Assembly (NCBI GenBank): GCA_965218795.1 | Contig: OZ244653.1 | Span: 3,360,001 to 3,424,000 of the forward strand | DNA from: a bacterium | GTDB taxonomy: Bacteria > UBA8248 > JACPRG01 > G963555815 | Length of the DNA stretch: 64,000 bases | Direction: 5' to 3' | Shown here: in pieces, positions 20,802 through 32,729 of the stretch | Layout: each line of letters begins with the position of its first letter | How positions within the stretch are numbered: position 1 is the first letter of the stretch | Notes under the pieces: model-generated | The model's input: only the letters and a program-made list of their open reading frames with translations | Databases searched by the model: none | Told to the model about the DNA's origin: nothing | Program-made: the position numbers and the translations under genes

Positions 20802-22145
20802 TCATGGTTTTCCCTTGCGCCTGTTTTCGATCCGCCGGGTTTTTTCTGAAAATCGGATGTCCAGGGAATGCGCGTGGCCGCCGAAGCCTTCCAGCTTTGC
20901 CAGGGTGACCGCCGCATCCTTGACTTTCGCCAACGCCGGCCTGGTCATCGATACGACGCTCGTGCGCTTTACGAAATCCTCCACCCCCAGTGGGGAAGCG
21001 AAGCGCGCAGACCCCCCCGTGGGCAGGACATGGTTGGATCCTGCAACGTAATCACCGACAGCCACTGGCGAATGTCCGCCGACGAACACCGCTCCCGCGC
21101 ATGCAAAGCGATCCACCCACCTCTCCGCATCCCGCACCCACAAGCTCAAATGCTCGGGCTGGATCTCCGCGGCAACGCCCGCCGCGGTCGTCAGCGCTGA
21201 CGTCTCTATGACCATACCGTTTCGGCTCCAGGCTTCCGCCGCGATTTCCCGCCGGTCCAGGTCCCCGAGCTGTCTCTTCACTTCACCGACGATCCGGTCC
21301 GCCAGCACCGCGGCGGATGAGCCTTTCCCGACGGCGATCAAACCGAGGAGCGTGTCCGGATCATGCTCCGCCTGTGCCAGCAGATCGGCCGCAGCCCAAT
21401 CGGGGCGGGCCGAGCTGTCGGCGACGATCAACAACTCCGACGGCCCCGCGATGTGGTCGATGCCCACCTCTCCGAATACGATCCGCTTGGCCGCCGAGAC
21501 GTATGCATTTCCCGGGCCGACGATCTTATCGACCGGGCGGATGCTTGCTGTGCCGTACGCCATCGCGCCGACGGCCTGCACCCCTCCGACCCGGTAAATC
21601 TCGGTGACGCCCGCCAAGTCAGCCGCCGCGAGGACCCATGGGTGGACGCGCCCCTCGGGATCCGGCGGGGTGCACATCACCCGCTCGGGCGCCCCTGCGA
21701 TCCGGGCCGGGATACCGGTCATCAGGACGGTTGACGGGTAAGCCGCCCGTCCTCCGGGTACGTAGAGGCCGACCCGCGCGATCGGGTACACCCGCAGGCC
21801 AAGCCTTTCACCCCGACGGTTGAGCGACCAGCCCGTCAGGCGCTGCTTCCGGTGGAAACGCTCGATCCGCTTGGCCGCCAAGCACAAGGCATCCATGCCG
21901 GCGGCGTCGCACCGTCGAATTCCCGCTTCGATCTCCCGGCGGGAGACACGAAGCCGGCGAGCCGAAAGATCAACTCCATCGAACTTCGAGGTGTACCGCA
22001 GAACCGCCCGATCACCGCCCTTCCGAACGGTATCCAGGATATCCCGGACTTGCTGCGTCACGCGGGCCTGTTCCCTCCGCCAAGCGGTCCGCCGTCGGGC
22101 CAACCGCTCCCGCCAGCGCGGATCCCGGGCATTGAGTCGAATCAT
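20802..22145 (-). CDS. hisD: Histidinol dehydrogenase
   Basis: GLYVPGG, AGPSE, AQAEHD, GDYVAGSNHVLPT. Confidence 0.97.
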   Translation of the reverse strand: MIRLNARDPRWRERLARRRTAWRREQARVTQQVRDILDTVRKGGDRAVLRYTSKFDGVDLSARRLRVSRREIEAGIRRCDAAGMDALCLAAKRIERFHRKQRLTGWSLNRRGERLGLRVYPIARVGLYVPGGRAAYPSTVLMTGIPARIAGAPERVMCTPPDPEGRVHPWVLAAADLAGVTEIYRVGGVQAVGAMAYGTASIRPVDKIVGPGNAYVSAAKRIVFGEVGIDHIAGPSELLIVADSSARPDWAAADLLAQAEHDPDTLLGLIAVGKGSSAAVLADRIVGEVKRQLGDLDRREIAAEAWSRNGMVIETSALTTAAGVAAEIQPEHLSLWVRDAERWVDRFACAGAVFVGGHSPVAVGDYVAGSNHVLPTGGSARFASPLGVEDFVKRTSVVSMTRPALAKVKDAAVTLAKLEGFGGHAHSLDIRFSEKTRRIENRRKGKP

Positions 22146-22801
22146 GTCTTCATCTTCCGCCGGCAGACCTGGATAAAATCATCGACCTCCCCGCGTCTGG
22201 TCTTCTGGCTCGCCCGGTTCACAATCAGCCGGGCGGAGGAGCGGAGGATCTCCCGGACCTCGGCAAGACCGTTTTCGCGGAGGGTGGTTCCGGTATCCAC
22301 CAGGTCCACGATGGCATCGGCCAGCCCCAAGGCGGGGGCCAGCTCGACGGCTCCGGAGAGTCTGACCACGTCTACCGGTATCGCTTCTTCCCGGAAAAAC
22401 TGTTCCGTCACATGGACAAACTTCGCCGCGACCCTCAGGTGGGCCCCTTCCACCAGGTCCCGCCATTCGGGGGCTGTTCCGTTCACCGCGGGGGCGGCCA
22501 AAACGAGACGGCAGAACCCGAAACCCAAATCCAGCGGCTCATAGACGGTCCGTTCCTGCTCGGTCAGAATGTCTTTGCCCACGACGCCGAGGTCGGCCGC
22601 TCCATGTTCTACATAGGTTGGGACGTCAACGTCCCGGATGCGCACGAACCGGATGCGGGCGCCGTTCCCTTCCCGAATCAGGCTCCGGTCGTCCCCCCAT
22701 CCTTCCGACGCGACATAGTTCATTCTCCGCAGCAGATCCCAGGCCGGCTGAAACAACCGTCCTTTGGGAAGCGCCAGGGTCAACGGCCGGTTTCTTTTCA
22801 T
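22142..22801 (-). CDS. hisG: ATP phosphoribosyltransferase (short form)
   Basis: ALPKGRL, DLGVVGKD, DLVDTGTTLRENGL; 219 aa. Confidence 0.96.
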   Translation of the reverse strand: MKRNRPLTLALPKGRLFQPAWDLLRRMNYVASEGWGDDRSLIREGNGARIRFVRIRDVDVPTYVEHGAADLGVVGKDILTEQERTVYEPLDLGFGFCRLVLAAPAVNGTAPEWRDLVEGAHLRVAAKFVHVTEQFFREEAIPVDVVRLSGAVELAPALGLADAIVDLVDTGTTLRENGLAEVREILRSSARLIVNRASQKTRRGEVDDFIQVCRRKMKT

Positions 22802-24048
22802 GGCACTCGCTCAATCCGGGCCCCAAGGGCCGATAGCTTTTCCTCGATTCGCTCGTATCCCCGATCGATATGGTACACGCGATTGACGACGGTTTTCCCC
22901 TCGGCGGCGAGTCCGGCGAGGATCAACGAGGCGCTGGCCCGAAGGTCCGTAGCCATGACCTGGGCGCCCAACAGGCGGTCCACCCCCCGGACCACGGCCC
23001 GGCTCCCTTCCACCTGGATGTCGGCCCCCATTCTCCTCAGCTCCGCTGCGTGGAGGAAACGATTTTCGAAAATGGTCTCCGTGATGACGGACGTCCCCTC
23101 CGCCAGGCTCAAGAGAACCATCATCTGGGCCTGAAGGTCGGTGGCAAAGCCGGGAAAGGGCGCCGTCTGAAAATCCACCGCCCGAATCGGCCGGGAGCCC
23201 GTGACGCGGATTCGATCGCCGTCATCTTGGAGCTCCAGACCCGATGACGACATTTTATCCGTCAGGGCTCCGAGATGCTCCGGGTACGCCCCCAGAATAC
23301 TGATTTCCCCGCCGGTCAAGGCCCCCGCCAACAAGTAGCTTCCCGCCTCGATGCGATCGGGAATGGTGCGCGCCCGGAATCCACCCAGACGCGGGGTTCC
23401 GACGACCTCGACGGTATCCGTTCCAACCCCGGAGACCTCGGCGCCCATGGATCGAAGCGCTTCGGCGAGCTGGACCACCTCCGGTTCCCCGGCGGCGTTG
23501 TGAATGCGCGTCCTCCCTTCGGCCAGCGAAGCCGCCATCATCAGGTTTTTCGTACCCGTGACGGTCACCAGATCGAGGAATATCTCCGCGCCCTTGAGCC
23601 TCCCGGCCCGAGCAAAGATGTATCCATCCTCCAGCCGGATATCGACCCCGAGGGCGGCGAGCCCTTTCAGGTGCTGGTCGATTGGCCGCCCGCCGATGGC
23701 GCAACCGCCCGGCAGCGAAACCTCCGCCTTTCCCAATCGGGCCACCAGTGCGCCCAGCACCATCACCGAGGCCCTCATCTTCCTCACGAAATCATAGGGT
23801 GCCCGGCCGCCGCGTAATTCGCTCGCCTGGAGCTCCGCCGAGCCGTTGTTGGAAGTGACGCTGACGCCCAGTCCTTCCAGCAGTCCCAGAAAGCTCTCCA
23901 CATCCTGCAGAACGGGAAGGTTTTCCACCCGACAAGGCTCTTCGGTCAGCAGGCAGGCGGCCATCAAAGGCAGCGCGGCGTTCTTGGCCCCGCTGATCGG
24001 AACCTCTCCCTTCAAAGGTACGCCGCCCTGAATGACAATCCGATCCAT
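22798..24048 (-). CDS. murA: UDP-N-acetylglucosamine 1-carboxyvinyltransferase
   Basis: GAKNAALP, LPGGCAIG, PDRIEAG, ATDLRA. Confidence 0.98.
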   Translation of the reverse strand: MDRIVIQGGVPLKGEVPISGAKNAALPLMAACLLTEEPCRVENLPVLQDVESFLGLLEGLGVSVTSNNGSAELQASELRGGRAPYDFVRKMRASVMVLGALVARLGKAEVSLPGGCAIGGRPIDQHLKGLAALGVDIRLEDGYIFARAGRLKGAEIFLDLVTVTGTKNLMMAASLAEGRTRIHNAAGEPEVVQLAEALRSMGAEVSGVGTDTVEVVGTPRLGGFRARTIPDRIEAGSYLLAGALTGGEISILGAYPEHLGALTDKMSSSGLELQDDGDRIRVTGSRPIRAVDFQTAPFPGFATDLQAQMMVLLSLAEGTSVITETIFENRFLHAAELRRMGADIQVEGSRAVVRGVDRLLGAQVMATDLRASASLILAGLAAEGKTVVNRVYHIDRGYERIEEKLSALGARIERVP

Positions 24049-24069
24049 GATTGCGGACTCTCCGCGGAC

Positions 24070-24942
24070 TCAGCCGTTTCGCCGGACCGCCACCACCCGG
24101 TCCCTTCCCGCCAGATCCCGCGCCACTTCCGCAGGGCCGTACCGACCGGTCGCCCGGAGGCAATCCCGGACATCCCCCGCCTGGTCCATTCCGATCTCCA
24201 TCACCAGCCACCCGGACGGCCGAAGAACCCGGTGTGCGGCTTCGGCAATCGTGCGATAGGCCACAAGGCCGTCTTCACCTGCGATCAGAGATCGGGCCGG
24301 CTCGTAGGAAAGGGTTTGGCGGTCCAGCGTGTCCCAATCCCGCGCCCGAACGTAGGGGGGATTCGAGACCACCGCATCGAAAGATTCAACGGCTTGAAAC
24401 GGTTCGATCCAATCGGCCAGAACGAACGCCACGCGGCTCTCCAGGCCGAGCCGGGCCGCGTTCTCGCGCGCAATCCGAACCGTTTTTTCGCTGATGTCCG
24501 TGGCGACCACCGAGAGATCATCACGTTCCGTCGCGAGCGCCAAGGCAACATTCCCGCTTCCGGTCCCCAAATCGAGCAAACGGGATCCTCCGGCAGGCAC
24601 GCGGCGCAGGGTCTCACTCACAAGGGTTTCCGTTTCCGGGCGAGGGATCAGAACGGATCGGGTCACCCGCAAATCGAGGGACCAGAACTCGCGGCGGCCG
24701 AGGATGTAGGCAACCGGCTCGCGCCGTTCGCGCCTGTCGATGAAATGCCGATATCGAGTCACAACGGAGTCCGCAGGCGGCGCGGCCGGATCCTGAATGA
24801 TCGCTTCCCGGGATATCCCCGAGGCTTCCGCCAACATGAGCTCGGCATCCAGGCGCGGGGTGGAAGAACCGGCCGCACGGAGCCGGTCGGTCGCTTCTAG
24901 AAGCAGTTCTCGAAAGGAAAGCTTGGATGGACGTCGGCCCAA
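24070..24942 (-). CDS. prmC: Release factor glutamine methyltransferase (start approximate, TTG)
   Basis: EPVAYILG, VLIPRPETE, DLGTGSG, SNPPY. Confidence 0.95.
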   Translation of the reverse strand: MGRRPSKLSFRELLLEATDRLRAAGSSTPRLDAELMLAEASGISREAIIQDPAAPPADSVVTRYRHFIDRRERREPVAYILGRREFWSLDLRVTRSVLIPRPETETLVSETLRRVPAGGSRLLDLGTGSGNVALALATERDDLSVVATDISEKTVRIARENAARLGLESRVAFVLADWIEPFQAVESFDAVVSNPPYVRARDWDTLDRQTLSYEPARSLIAGEDGLVAYRTIAEAAHRVLRPSGWLVMEIGMDQAGDVRDCLRATGRYGPAEVARDLAGRDRVVAVRRNG

Positions 24943-24947
24943 ACCAC

Positions 24948-26054
24948 TCAGAAGGGGCTCCCGGCGGTCACGGACCGCTCGAATTCCGCGAGCATCTCCT
25001 CCTCCCGCGCCGTCAGCAGGGGGGTAATCAGGTCTTCCAGATCCCCTTCCATCACGGTATCGAGGCGGTGGAGGGTCAGGTTGATACGGTGATCGGAGAT
25101 TCGGTTCTGGGGATAGTTGTACGTACGGATCCGTCCGCTCCGGTCTCCGGAGCCGACCTGAGACCTTCGGGCTTCGGACCGTTTGGCTTCGGCCTCGCTC
25201 ACGGCCGCATCGAGCAGACGGGCCCGCAGGACCCTGAGGGCCTTGGACTTGTTTTTGTGCTGTGACTTCTCGTCCTGACACGTGACCACCAATCCCGTTG
25301 GAATATGGTTGATTCGGACGGCTGAATCCGTCGTGTTGACGCTTTGCCCTCCCGGCCCGGAGGATCGATAAACATCGATCCGGAGGTCCGCCGGATCGAT
25401 CGCAATATCCACTTCCTCCGCTTCCGGAAGGACGGCCACCGTGACCGCCGAGGTATGAATGCGGCCGCCGGATTCCGTCTCGGGTATCCGCTGCACGCGG
25501 TGAATGCCGCTCTCATGCCGCAGAAAGCTGTATACCCGGTCCCCGCAAATCTCGGCGATGACCTCCTTATGGCCGCCCAGCTCCGTCGGGCTGGCTTCCA
25601 ATATTTCGACCTTCCAGTTTTTTCGTTCAGCAAACCGCAAATACATCCGGAACAGGTCCGCGGCGAACAGTCCGGCCTCCTCTCCTCCCGCTCCGGCCCG
25701 GATCTCGAGAATCACGTTCTTCTCGTTGTTCGGATCCTTCGGGATCATAAGCCGGCGCAGCCGTTGTTCCAATTCGGTCCGCTCGGTTTCCAGTCCGGCG
25801 ATTTCCTCCTTCGCCAGCTCCTTCATCTCGGTGTCCGATGATTCCCGCAGGATGTCCCGGCTTTCACCGATCTCACGGCGCGTCTTTTCATAACGCCGGA
25901 AGGCCTGAACAACCCCCTCCAGCTCAGCGCGCTCCTGGGCCGCCTTTCGGAAGGCCTCATGGTTCGCCAACAGCTCCGGCTCTCCCATTTGCCGGGTGAG
26001 AGAATCGAAATTTTCGCAGATGGCGGTCAGTTTTTCGAGGAGTTCTTCCTGCAC
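24948..26054 (-). CDS. prfA: Peptide chain release factor 1
   Basis: PET anticodon-mimic motif and GGQ. Confidence 0.98.
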   Translation of the reverse strand: MQEELLEKLTAICENFDSLTRQMGEPELLANHEAFRKAAQERAELEGVVQAFRRYEKTRREIGESRDILRESSDTEMKELAKEEIAGLETERTELEQRLRRLMIPKDPNNEKNVILEIRAGAGGEEAGLFAADLFRMYLRFAERKNWKVEILEASPTELGGHKEVIAEICGDRVYSFLRHESGIHRVQRIPETESGGRIHTSAVTVAVLPEAEEVDIAIDPADLRIDVYRSSGPGGQSVNTTDSAVRINHIPTGLVVTCQDEKSQHKNKSKALRVLRARLLDAAVSEAEAKRSEARRSQVGSGDRSGRIRTYNYPQNRISDHRINLTLHRLDTVMEGDLEDLITPLLTAREEEMLAEFERSVTAGSPF

Positions 26055-26080
26055 GGCGGAATCCGCCTCCCGAAGAAAGG

Positions 26081-26293
26081 TCAGCCGGAGACCTTTTTCT
26101 TGCTGTGCCGGGCCCGGTACCGCTCCACGCGGCCGGCGCTATCGACAAGCTTTTGGCGGCCGGTAAAAAAGGGATGACAAGCCGAGCAGATTTCCACCGT
26201 ATAAGATGACCGGGTGGACCGCGTGTGGTATTCCGCGCCGCAGGCGCACTTGATGGTGCATTCTTGATACTCGGGATGAACTTCGGCTTTCAA
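26081..26293 (-). CDS. rpmE: 50S ribosomal protein L31
   Basis: MKAEVHPEY..CACG..CSACHPFFTG. Confidence 0.97.
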   Translation of the reverse strand: MKAEVHPEYQECTIKCACGAEYHTRSTRSSYTVEICSACHPFFTGRQKLVDSAGRVERYRARHSKKKVSG

Positions 26294-26457
26294 CGTCTAT
26301 TCCTCCACAAGGGTGGGTGGACGGTCGACGTTTGATCGATGTCCGGCGGAATCTTCATCTATATGTCGCCTTGGGCGAGCTCTGCCCCAAAAAAAAATCG
26401 GCCGGATTCCCGGAGGCGAACCCCCGGTCTCCAACCGAAAACCGCGTTTGAAAACAG

Positions 26458-27885
<1,428 letters not shown>

Positions 27886-28150
27886 TGTAACTTCTATATC
27901 AATTACGGGTGGGCTTTTGGGGACATCCCCCAGAGGGAACCTCGATCAACATCGGACCTAATTCTTGAACCAAAAGGAAACGGTCAGGTATCCGCGCGGC
28001 TATCAATCGCTGGATGATTACTTGCTTGCGGTCAACCTTACCGAATGGATGGATTTCTATCGCTTGATGGTTCGGAAGTTGAGAATCGGAAACGGGTTAG
28101 AGGGCTTGCTAGAAATTCACTCACAATATACGGAATCAACCTCTCGTTTG

Positions 28151-28765
28151 TCAATCCTTTTTTGTCGCGCCTCGTAAAATCAACAATTTCCAGATTTCTT
28201 CAACCTGCGGGGACGTGTTGTCCAGGGTCCCCCTGTTGTCGATGACAAAATCGGCACGAGCGAGCCTTTCCTCACGGGACAACTGAGAGTGGATTCGCGA
28301 GCGCGCGTCTTCGGCCGCTATACCCTTGGACGCAAGTCGGTGGATCTGGTCAGTCTCGTCCAGATCCACAACAACGATGAAGTCCATCCGGTCGGCAAAA
28401 CCCGCTTCGATCAGAACGGCCGCATCCAGGATGACAATCCCTTCCGGAGCCTGGGTTTCATACCCAGCCAAGAGTCTCTCTTCCTCTTCCCAAATCCGAG
28501 GATGAACGATCGAATTGAGCCGCGCAAGGGCTTCAGGATCTTTGAAAACGATGCCGGCCAGGGCGGCCCGATTGACCGTTCCATCCTCATGGAGGACATC
28601 GGCGCCGAAGGTCTCCGCAATTTCAGCAAGCGCCGGCCGGCCCGGCTCCACCGCTTCCCGACCGAGCTGGTCCGCATCGATGAGGTGGGCACCAAGCCTC
28701 TGGAACATCTGCGCCACGGTGCTTTTGCCGCTCCCAATACCGCCCGTCAGGCCGACCTTGAGCAT
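28151..28765 (-). CDS. coaE: Dephospho-CoA kinase
   Basis: VGLTGGIGSGKSTV, LNSIVHP. Confidence 0.96.
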   Translation of the reverse strand: MLKVGLTGGIGSGKSTVAQMFQRLGAHLIDADQLGREAVEPGRPALAEIAETFGADVLHEDGTVNRAALAGIVFKDPEALARLNSIVHPRIWEEEERLLAGYETQAPEGIVILDAAVLIEAGFADRMDFIVVVDLDETDQIHRLASKGIAAEDARSRIHSQLSREERLARADFVIDNRGTLDNTSPQVEEIWKLLILRGATKKD

Positions 28766-28828
28766 AGGCAGACCGCTCCTCTATTGAGCGATGTCATGGA
28801 TCAAAGGGGATAGCAGGGGATTTGCGCC

Positions 28829-29119
28829 TTACTTGAGGCCCCGGCGGATCAGCTCTTGTTCATAGTGCTTTCGGTAGAGCACTTCCCATTCCGGACTGCC
28901 CTCGGGGATGTTTCGGTTGTAAGATTGGATGGTCCGGGTCACGTCGTCGTCGATAGTCTCTTCCAGACGAAGTTCCTCCGTCATGACCCGGACAATGCGC
29001 AACCGCACGTCGTTAGCGGGCTTGAGCAACGCCACCCCTTCTTCCCCTTCCAGGTTCTCCATCAACAGCTTGGAAAGGTGATTGATCTTTTCCCGGCTCA
29101 GCCCGACGAACATCGGCAC
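28829..29119 (-). CDS. DUF507-family protein
   Basis: LSREKINHLS..IPEGSPEWEVLY pattern, tandem with its paralogue. Confidence 0.7.
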   Translation of the reverse strand: MPMFVGLSREKINHLSKLLMENLEGEEGVALLKPANDVRLRIVRVMTEELRLEETIDDDVTRTIQSYNRNIPEGSPEWEVLYRKHYEQELIRRGLK

Positions 29120-29122
29120 CCT

Positions 29123-29404
29123 CTAGAGAATCAGGTTTCTCTCGCGAACGAGGCGGCGCTTGACCAAATCGAACATCCTGGAGTACTCGACGTTTCTCCG
29201 GTCCATCTCACCTTCAAATTGCGCGAGGATTTCCCGCACCTCGTCATTCAGCGTGTCTTCGATTCGCAGGTCGGAGGAGACCCATTCGGCCAGGCGGAAT
29301 CGCAGATCATCTTCCGTCATCTCGATCTCGACGTACCCGTACCGCACCAATTCACTGGCGATGGAACCCGAAAGCCTGTCGATGACTTCCTTTCGCAAAC
29401 GCAT
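29123..29404 (-). CDS. DUF507-family protein
   Basis: EDTLNDEVREIL..MFDLVKRRLVRERNLIL. Confidence 0.8.
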   Translation of the reverse strand: MRLRKEVIDRLSGSIASELVRYGYVEIEMTEDDLRFRLAEWVSSDLRIEDTLNDEVREILAQFEGEMDRRNVEYSRMFDLVKRRLVRERNLIL

Positions 29405-29640
29405 GATCACTTATCCCTCTTGCGTTTACACGATCCGTCGGCTTCTCCCGGGGTTTTCCATCCGGGACCAAGAAATTCGGGGCGTTTCCCTCACTCGATC
29501 AGGGACCCCAGCCGGAAATCCGACCGCTCCAGTAAACTCCAGTTAATATGGCACCCGCGATATCGGGTGTCCAGACTCATCCCGTCCCCATCGCTCTTTG
29601 ACGCAAGCGCAATGATCCATACGACCGCACCGCTCTGAGG

Positions 29641-30786
29641 CTAATCGTCCGGCGGGTCTTTAACGGAAGGCTCGAATTCATACGATGCCTGGGCTGCTCG
29701 AATCTCCTTGACAACCGCCCGCCGGAGCTCCGGCGGGGAGAGGACTTCGGCTCCCCCGCCAAGGCTCAGGATCCAATCCCGAACCGATCTCATGTCGGCC
29801 GCCTGGAAATGAATCACCACCCCCTTGTTTCCCGTTTCCGGGACACCGGCGCCACCGTTGGACGTCTCCAACTCGTCCGCCCGCGCCTCCTCGCTCCCAT
29901 CAATGGTCGCACCGGACAGCCAGCCGCGATCCACCGCCTCGCGAACTCGGGTGGCCGCCTCTCCGAGACACCGCACCACCACCGGCCTGCCGAGCGCCGC
30001 CTCGAAACCGAAATCAGCTTCCCGTCCCGTCAGAATCGACCGAAAATCAATATCCAGCGGAAGTTGAAAAACGTCCCGCGTCGGCCTGAGCTCGCGTATG
30101 GACTCCAACGGGAGAAGCTCCAGGCTTCCGGTTTCATGCAGATAACCCATCAGCATGGTTTGGCCCATCTGAAACCAGATCCCGTAGGGGTCAAACCGAC
30201 ACCAGACGGCACGCTGCCTTCCCCGCGGGCGGGCCAGGATCTCCACGCACCGACGATCATCCGCAGCCTTCCCCGCCCCCTCTAGAATCTGCTGATGCGC
30301 CGACAGAGATTTTACGGCGGGAAGATAGGGCCCGAAATGCTGGTCGATACGGTCCAGAAAGGCCCGAGTGGGCGCGGGAAGAAGCTTTTCCAGCGTGATC
30401 AGCAGGGACTGAAAGGTTTGCCGAAAGGGGGTTTCCCGGAAAGCGTCGAAGACCCTCCGGGCGTAATAGAGGGCCATCAGCTCAGAGAAGGGAAACGGGC
30501 CCGGAATGGTATTTCGAAAACCCTCGGGAAACCGCCAGCGCGCCCCTCCCTGATGATGCTTGATGATGGGAAACCCGGCCTCGATGAGGCTTTCCAAATC
30601 GCGGCGAAGCGTGCCCTGGCTCCACCGTCTCGGCAGACCTTCACCCGCTCCGGGCTCGCCGGCTGGGTCGCCTTGGTTCTCGGGGATTCGGATCAATTCG
30701 GCCAAATCGGCGAGCGTCAGCGCACCGCCGACTTCCAGATACCGGACAATTTCCCATTGCCGCTGAATCTGGTGCCGGCGAGACAC
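29641..30786 (-). CDS. HTH-WYL-WCX transcriptional regulator
   Basis: TLRRDLESLIEAGFPI HTH; DPYGI; WILSLGGGAEVLSPPELR. Confidence 0.85.
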   Translation of the reverse strand: MSRRHQIQRQWEIVRYLEVGGALTLADLAELIRIPENQGDPAGEPGAGEGLPRRWSQGTLRRDLESLIEAGFPIIKHHQGGARWRFPEGFRNTIPGPFPFSELMALYYARRVFDAFRETPFRQTFQSLLITLEKLLPAPTRAFLDRIDQHFGPYLPAVKSLSAHQQILEGAGKAADDRRCVEILARPRGRQRAVWCRFDPYGIWFQMGQTMLMGYLHETGSLELLPLESIRELRPTRDVFQLPLDIDFRSILTGREADFGFEAALGRPVVVRCLGEAATRVREAVDRGWLSGATIDGSEEARADELETSNGGAGVPETGNKGVVIHFQAADMRSVRDWILSLGGGAEVLSPPELRRAVVKEIRAAQASYEFEPSVKDPPDD

Positions 30787-30833
30787 GAAGATTCTCCCCT
30801 TGTCCGGCTACATGATCGGGTTACATGGCAGGG

Positions 30834-31733
30834 TTACGTCCGGTCCCGAAGAAGTTCCGCAACCTTCTCTTCCAGGGCGTCGACGAACGACATCGGCGCG
30901 CGCACGGTTCCCATCAAGGCAACCGGATCCTTCCGGCCGTGACAATCCGATCCCCCCGTGACCAGTAAACCCCGAGCTTCGGCCATCCTTCGATAAGCAG
31001 CCGCATCGCCTCTGCTGTGGCTGGAATGATAGGCTTCGATGCCGTGGAGGCCCTCTTCGATGAGCCGCGGAATCAGGTAATCGACGCCGCTCCGTCCCGG
31101 ATGGGCCAACACGGTGACCCCCCCGGCTGCTCGGATCAGCCTTAGCGCCTCGGCCGTGGTCAGGGCATCCACCGGCTCATAAGCCGGGCGGCCTCCTCCC
31201 AGGTAGTTCGAAAATACGATCTCTTTCGATGGGACCAGCCCGTCGTCCACCATGTACGTGGCCAAGTTCAGCCGGCCCGCAAGACCCTTCGGATAACGGG
31301 CGAAGTAACCTTCCGGCTTGGCCTCGACCCCAAGCCCTTGAAGTTTTTCGATCATTCGGATGACACGTTCCCGCCGTTTATTTTCCACCGTTGAAAGCAC
31401 TTCCGCAAACTCTTCATCCTCCACGTCGACAAAATAGCCCAGCAGATGAACATCGCCCTGTTCGGTCGTGGCGCTCAACTCGACTCCGGGCACGAATCGG
31501 ATCCCCAGGGCTTCCGCCTGTTCAGCGGCCGCGGGCACCGCCCCGACGGTATCGTGGTCAGTCACAGCGAGGTAGGACATGCCCAGTGCAGCGGCGCGCT
31601 GGATGACCCCTTCCGGCGGATCCACGCCGTCTGAATGGTTCGTATGCAGGTGCAGATCTCCGAAGGGTTCCCCGGGAACCGTCAGGACGTGCGTCGGCGG
31701 CCGGGAACCTTGTCTTCCTTTCGATTTGGGCAT
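30834..31733 (-). CDS. PHP-domain protein (TrpH/YciV-like)
   Basis: DLHLHTNHSDG, AVTDHDT, LAHP, GGSDCHG. Confidence 0.92.
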   Translation of the reverse strand: MPKSKGRQGSRPPTHVLTVPGEPFGDLHLHTNHSDGVDPPEGVIQRAAALGMSYLAVTDHDTVGAVPAAAEQAEALGIRFVPGVELSATTEQGDVHLLGYFVDVEDEEFAEVLSTVENKRRERVIRMIEKLQGLGVEAKPEGYFARYPKGLAGRLNLATYMVDDGLVPSKEIVFSNYLGGGRPAYEPVDALTTAEALRLIRAAGGVTVLAHPGRSGVDYLIPRLIEEGLHGIEAYHSSHSRGDAAAYRRMAEARGLLVTGGSDCHGRKDPVALMGTVRAPMSFVDALEEKVAELLRDRT

Positions 31734-31857
31734 GATTCAACAAGCGGGCGCCGCGCCAGGAAACCGACGGGGAAACACCTATGGCATTTGTCCACCGAGA
31801 AAACGAGGCCCGCCCGGGAAGTTCGTTCCCTCGGGACGAGCCGCGCGAAGAAATCCA

Positions 31858-31932
31858 TGGAGCGGGCGATGGGAATCGAACCCACGACGTTCAGCTTGGG
31901 AAGCTGACATTCTACCTCTGAATTACGCCCGC
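31858..31932 (-). tRNA. tRNA-Gly(CCC)
   Basis: GCGGGCGTAATTCAGAGGTAGAA..TT-CCC-AA..GGTTCGATTCCC..CCA. Confidence 0.96.
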
Positions 31933-31996
31933 GCGCGCCGCTTCGAAAGGGAACCGAAGCGTCATGAAGAAATGTAGAACATCCCCGCCGCGGAGA

Positions 31997-32452
31997 TCAA
32001 CCCCCCGCAGACGATTCCTGCCGGGCGGCGCTCTCCACGCTGACCTCGCATTCCTCGACCCACTCGACGCCGTCTTCGCCCGTCTCCCTCTTCCAAATGG
32101 GGACGATCTGCTTGATTCGGTCAATGGCGTACTTACAGGCGGCGAAGGCTTCCGCCCGGTGAGAGGAGGCGACGGAGATCATGACAGCCGTATCTCCGAT
32201 TTTGAGGTTGCCGACCCTGTGGACGATCGCCACGGCGTCGATCCCCCAACGTTCCTTGATCTCGTCGCCGATTTGGCGAAGCTTATGTTCGGCCATCGGC
32301 TTGTAGGCGTGGTATTCCAACGCAACGATTCTTTGGCCGCGGGCGTGATCGCGAACGATACCGAAGAAATCAACCAGCGCGCCCTGACCGGAATCCAGCA
32401 CGGCGCGGTGCAGCTCATCCACGTTGATGGTCGTCTCCGATATTTCAAACAT
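31997..32452 (-). CDS. moaE: Molybdopterin synthase catalytic subunit
   Basis: LEYHAY, HRVGNL, HRAEAF, VPIWKRE. Confidence 0.95.
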   Translation of the reverse strand: MFEISETTINVDELHRAVLDSGQGALVDFFGIVRDHARGQRIVALEYHAYKPMAEHKLRQIGDEIKERWGIDAVAIVHRVGNLKIGDTAVMISVASSHRAEAFAACKYAIDRIKQIVPIWKRETGEDGVEWVEECEVSVESAARQESSAGG

Positions 32453-32699
32453 ATCCGCCTCCGGAAATCGGGGGGATCAACGCGACCTCGTCCCCTTCTT
32501 GAACGGCATACTCAGACCCGACGAATTCTTGATTGACGGCGACGGTCAGGGCGCCGGACCGCTCGGCGAGCCTGGGGTGATCTTCGGACAGCCGCCGCAT
32601 CACCTCCGCAACGGTCGCCCCATCAGGCAGGTCGAGCTGCAACTCGCCCGCTCCGACGGCATCTCTCGCCCAAGCGAACGTCATGACTTTAACCTTCAA
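32445..32699 (-). CDS. moaD: Molybdopterin synthase sulfur carrier subunit
   Basis: VAVNQEF..GDEVALIPPISGG; here the GG is followed by GYV. Confidence 0.9.
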   Translation of the reverse strand: MKVKVMTFAWARDAVGAGELQLDLPDGATVAEVMRRLSEDHPRLAERSGALTVAVNQEFVGSEYAVQEGDEVALIPPISGGGYV

Positions 32700-32729
32700 G
32701 TTACCTCTTTTCTGCCTTTCCGGCGGCGA

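Noticed and set aside
31858-31932. tRNA-Gly as the integration site of the 32.7-43.5 kb island
   Set aside because: moaE/moaD lie between them, the tRNA 3' end points away from the island, and no duplicated tRNA end or integrase was found
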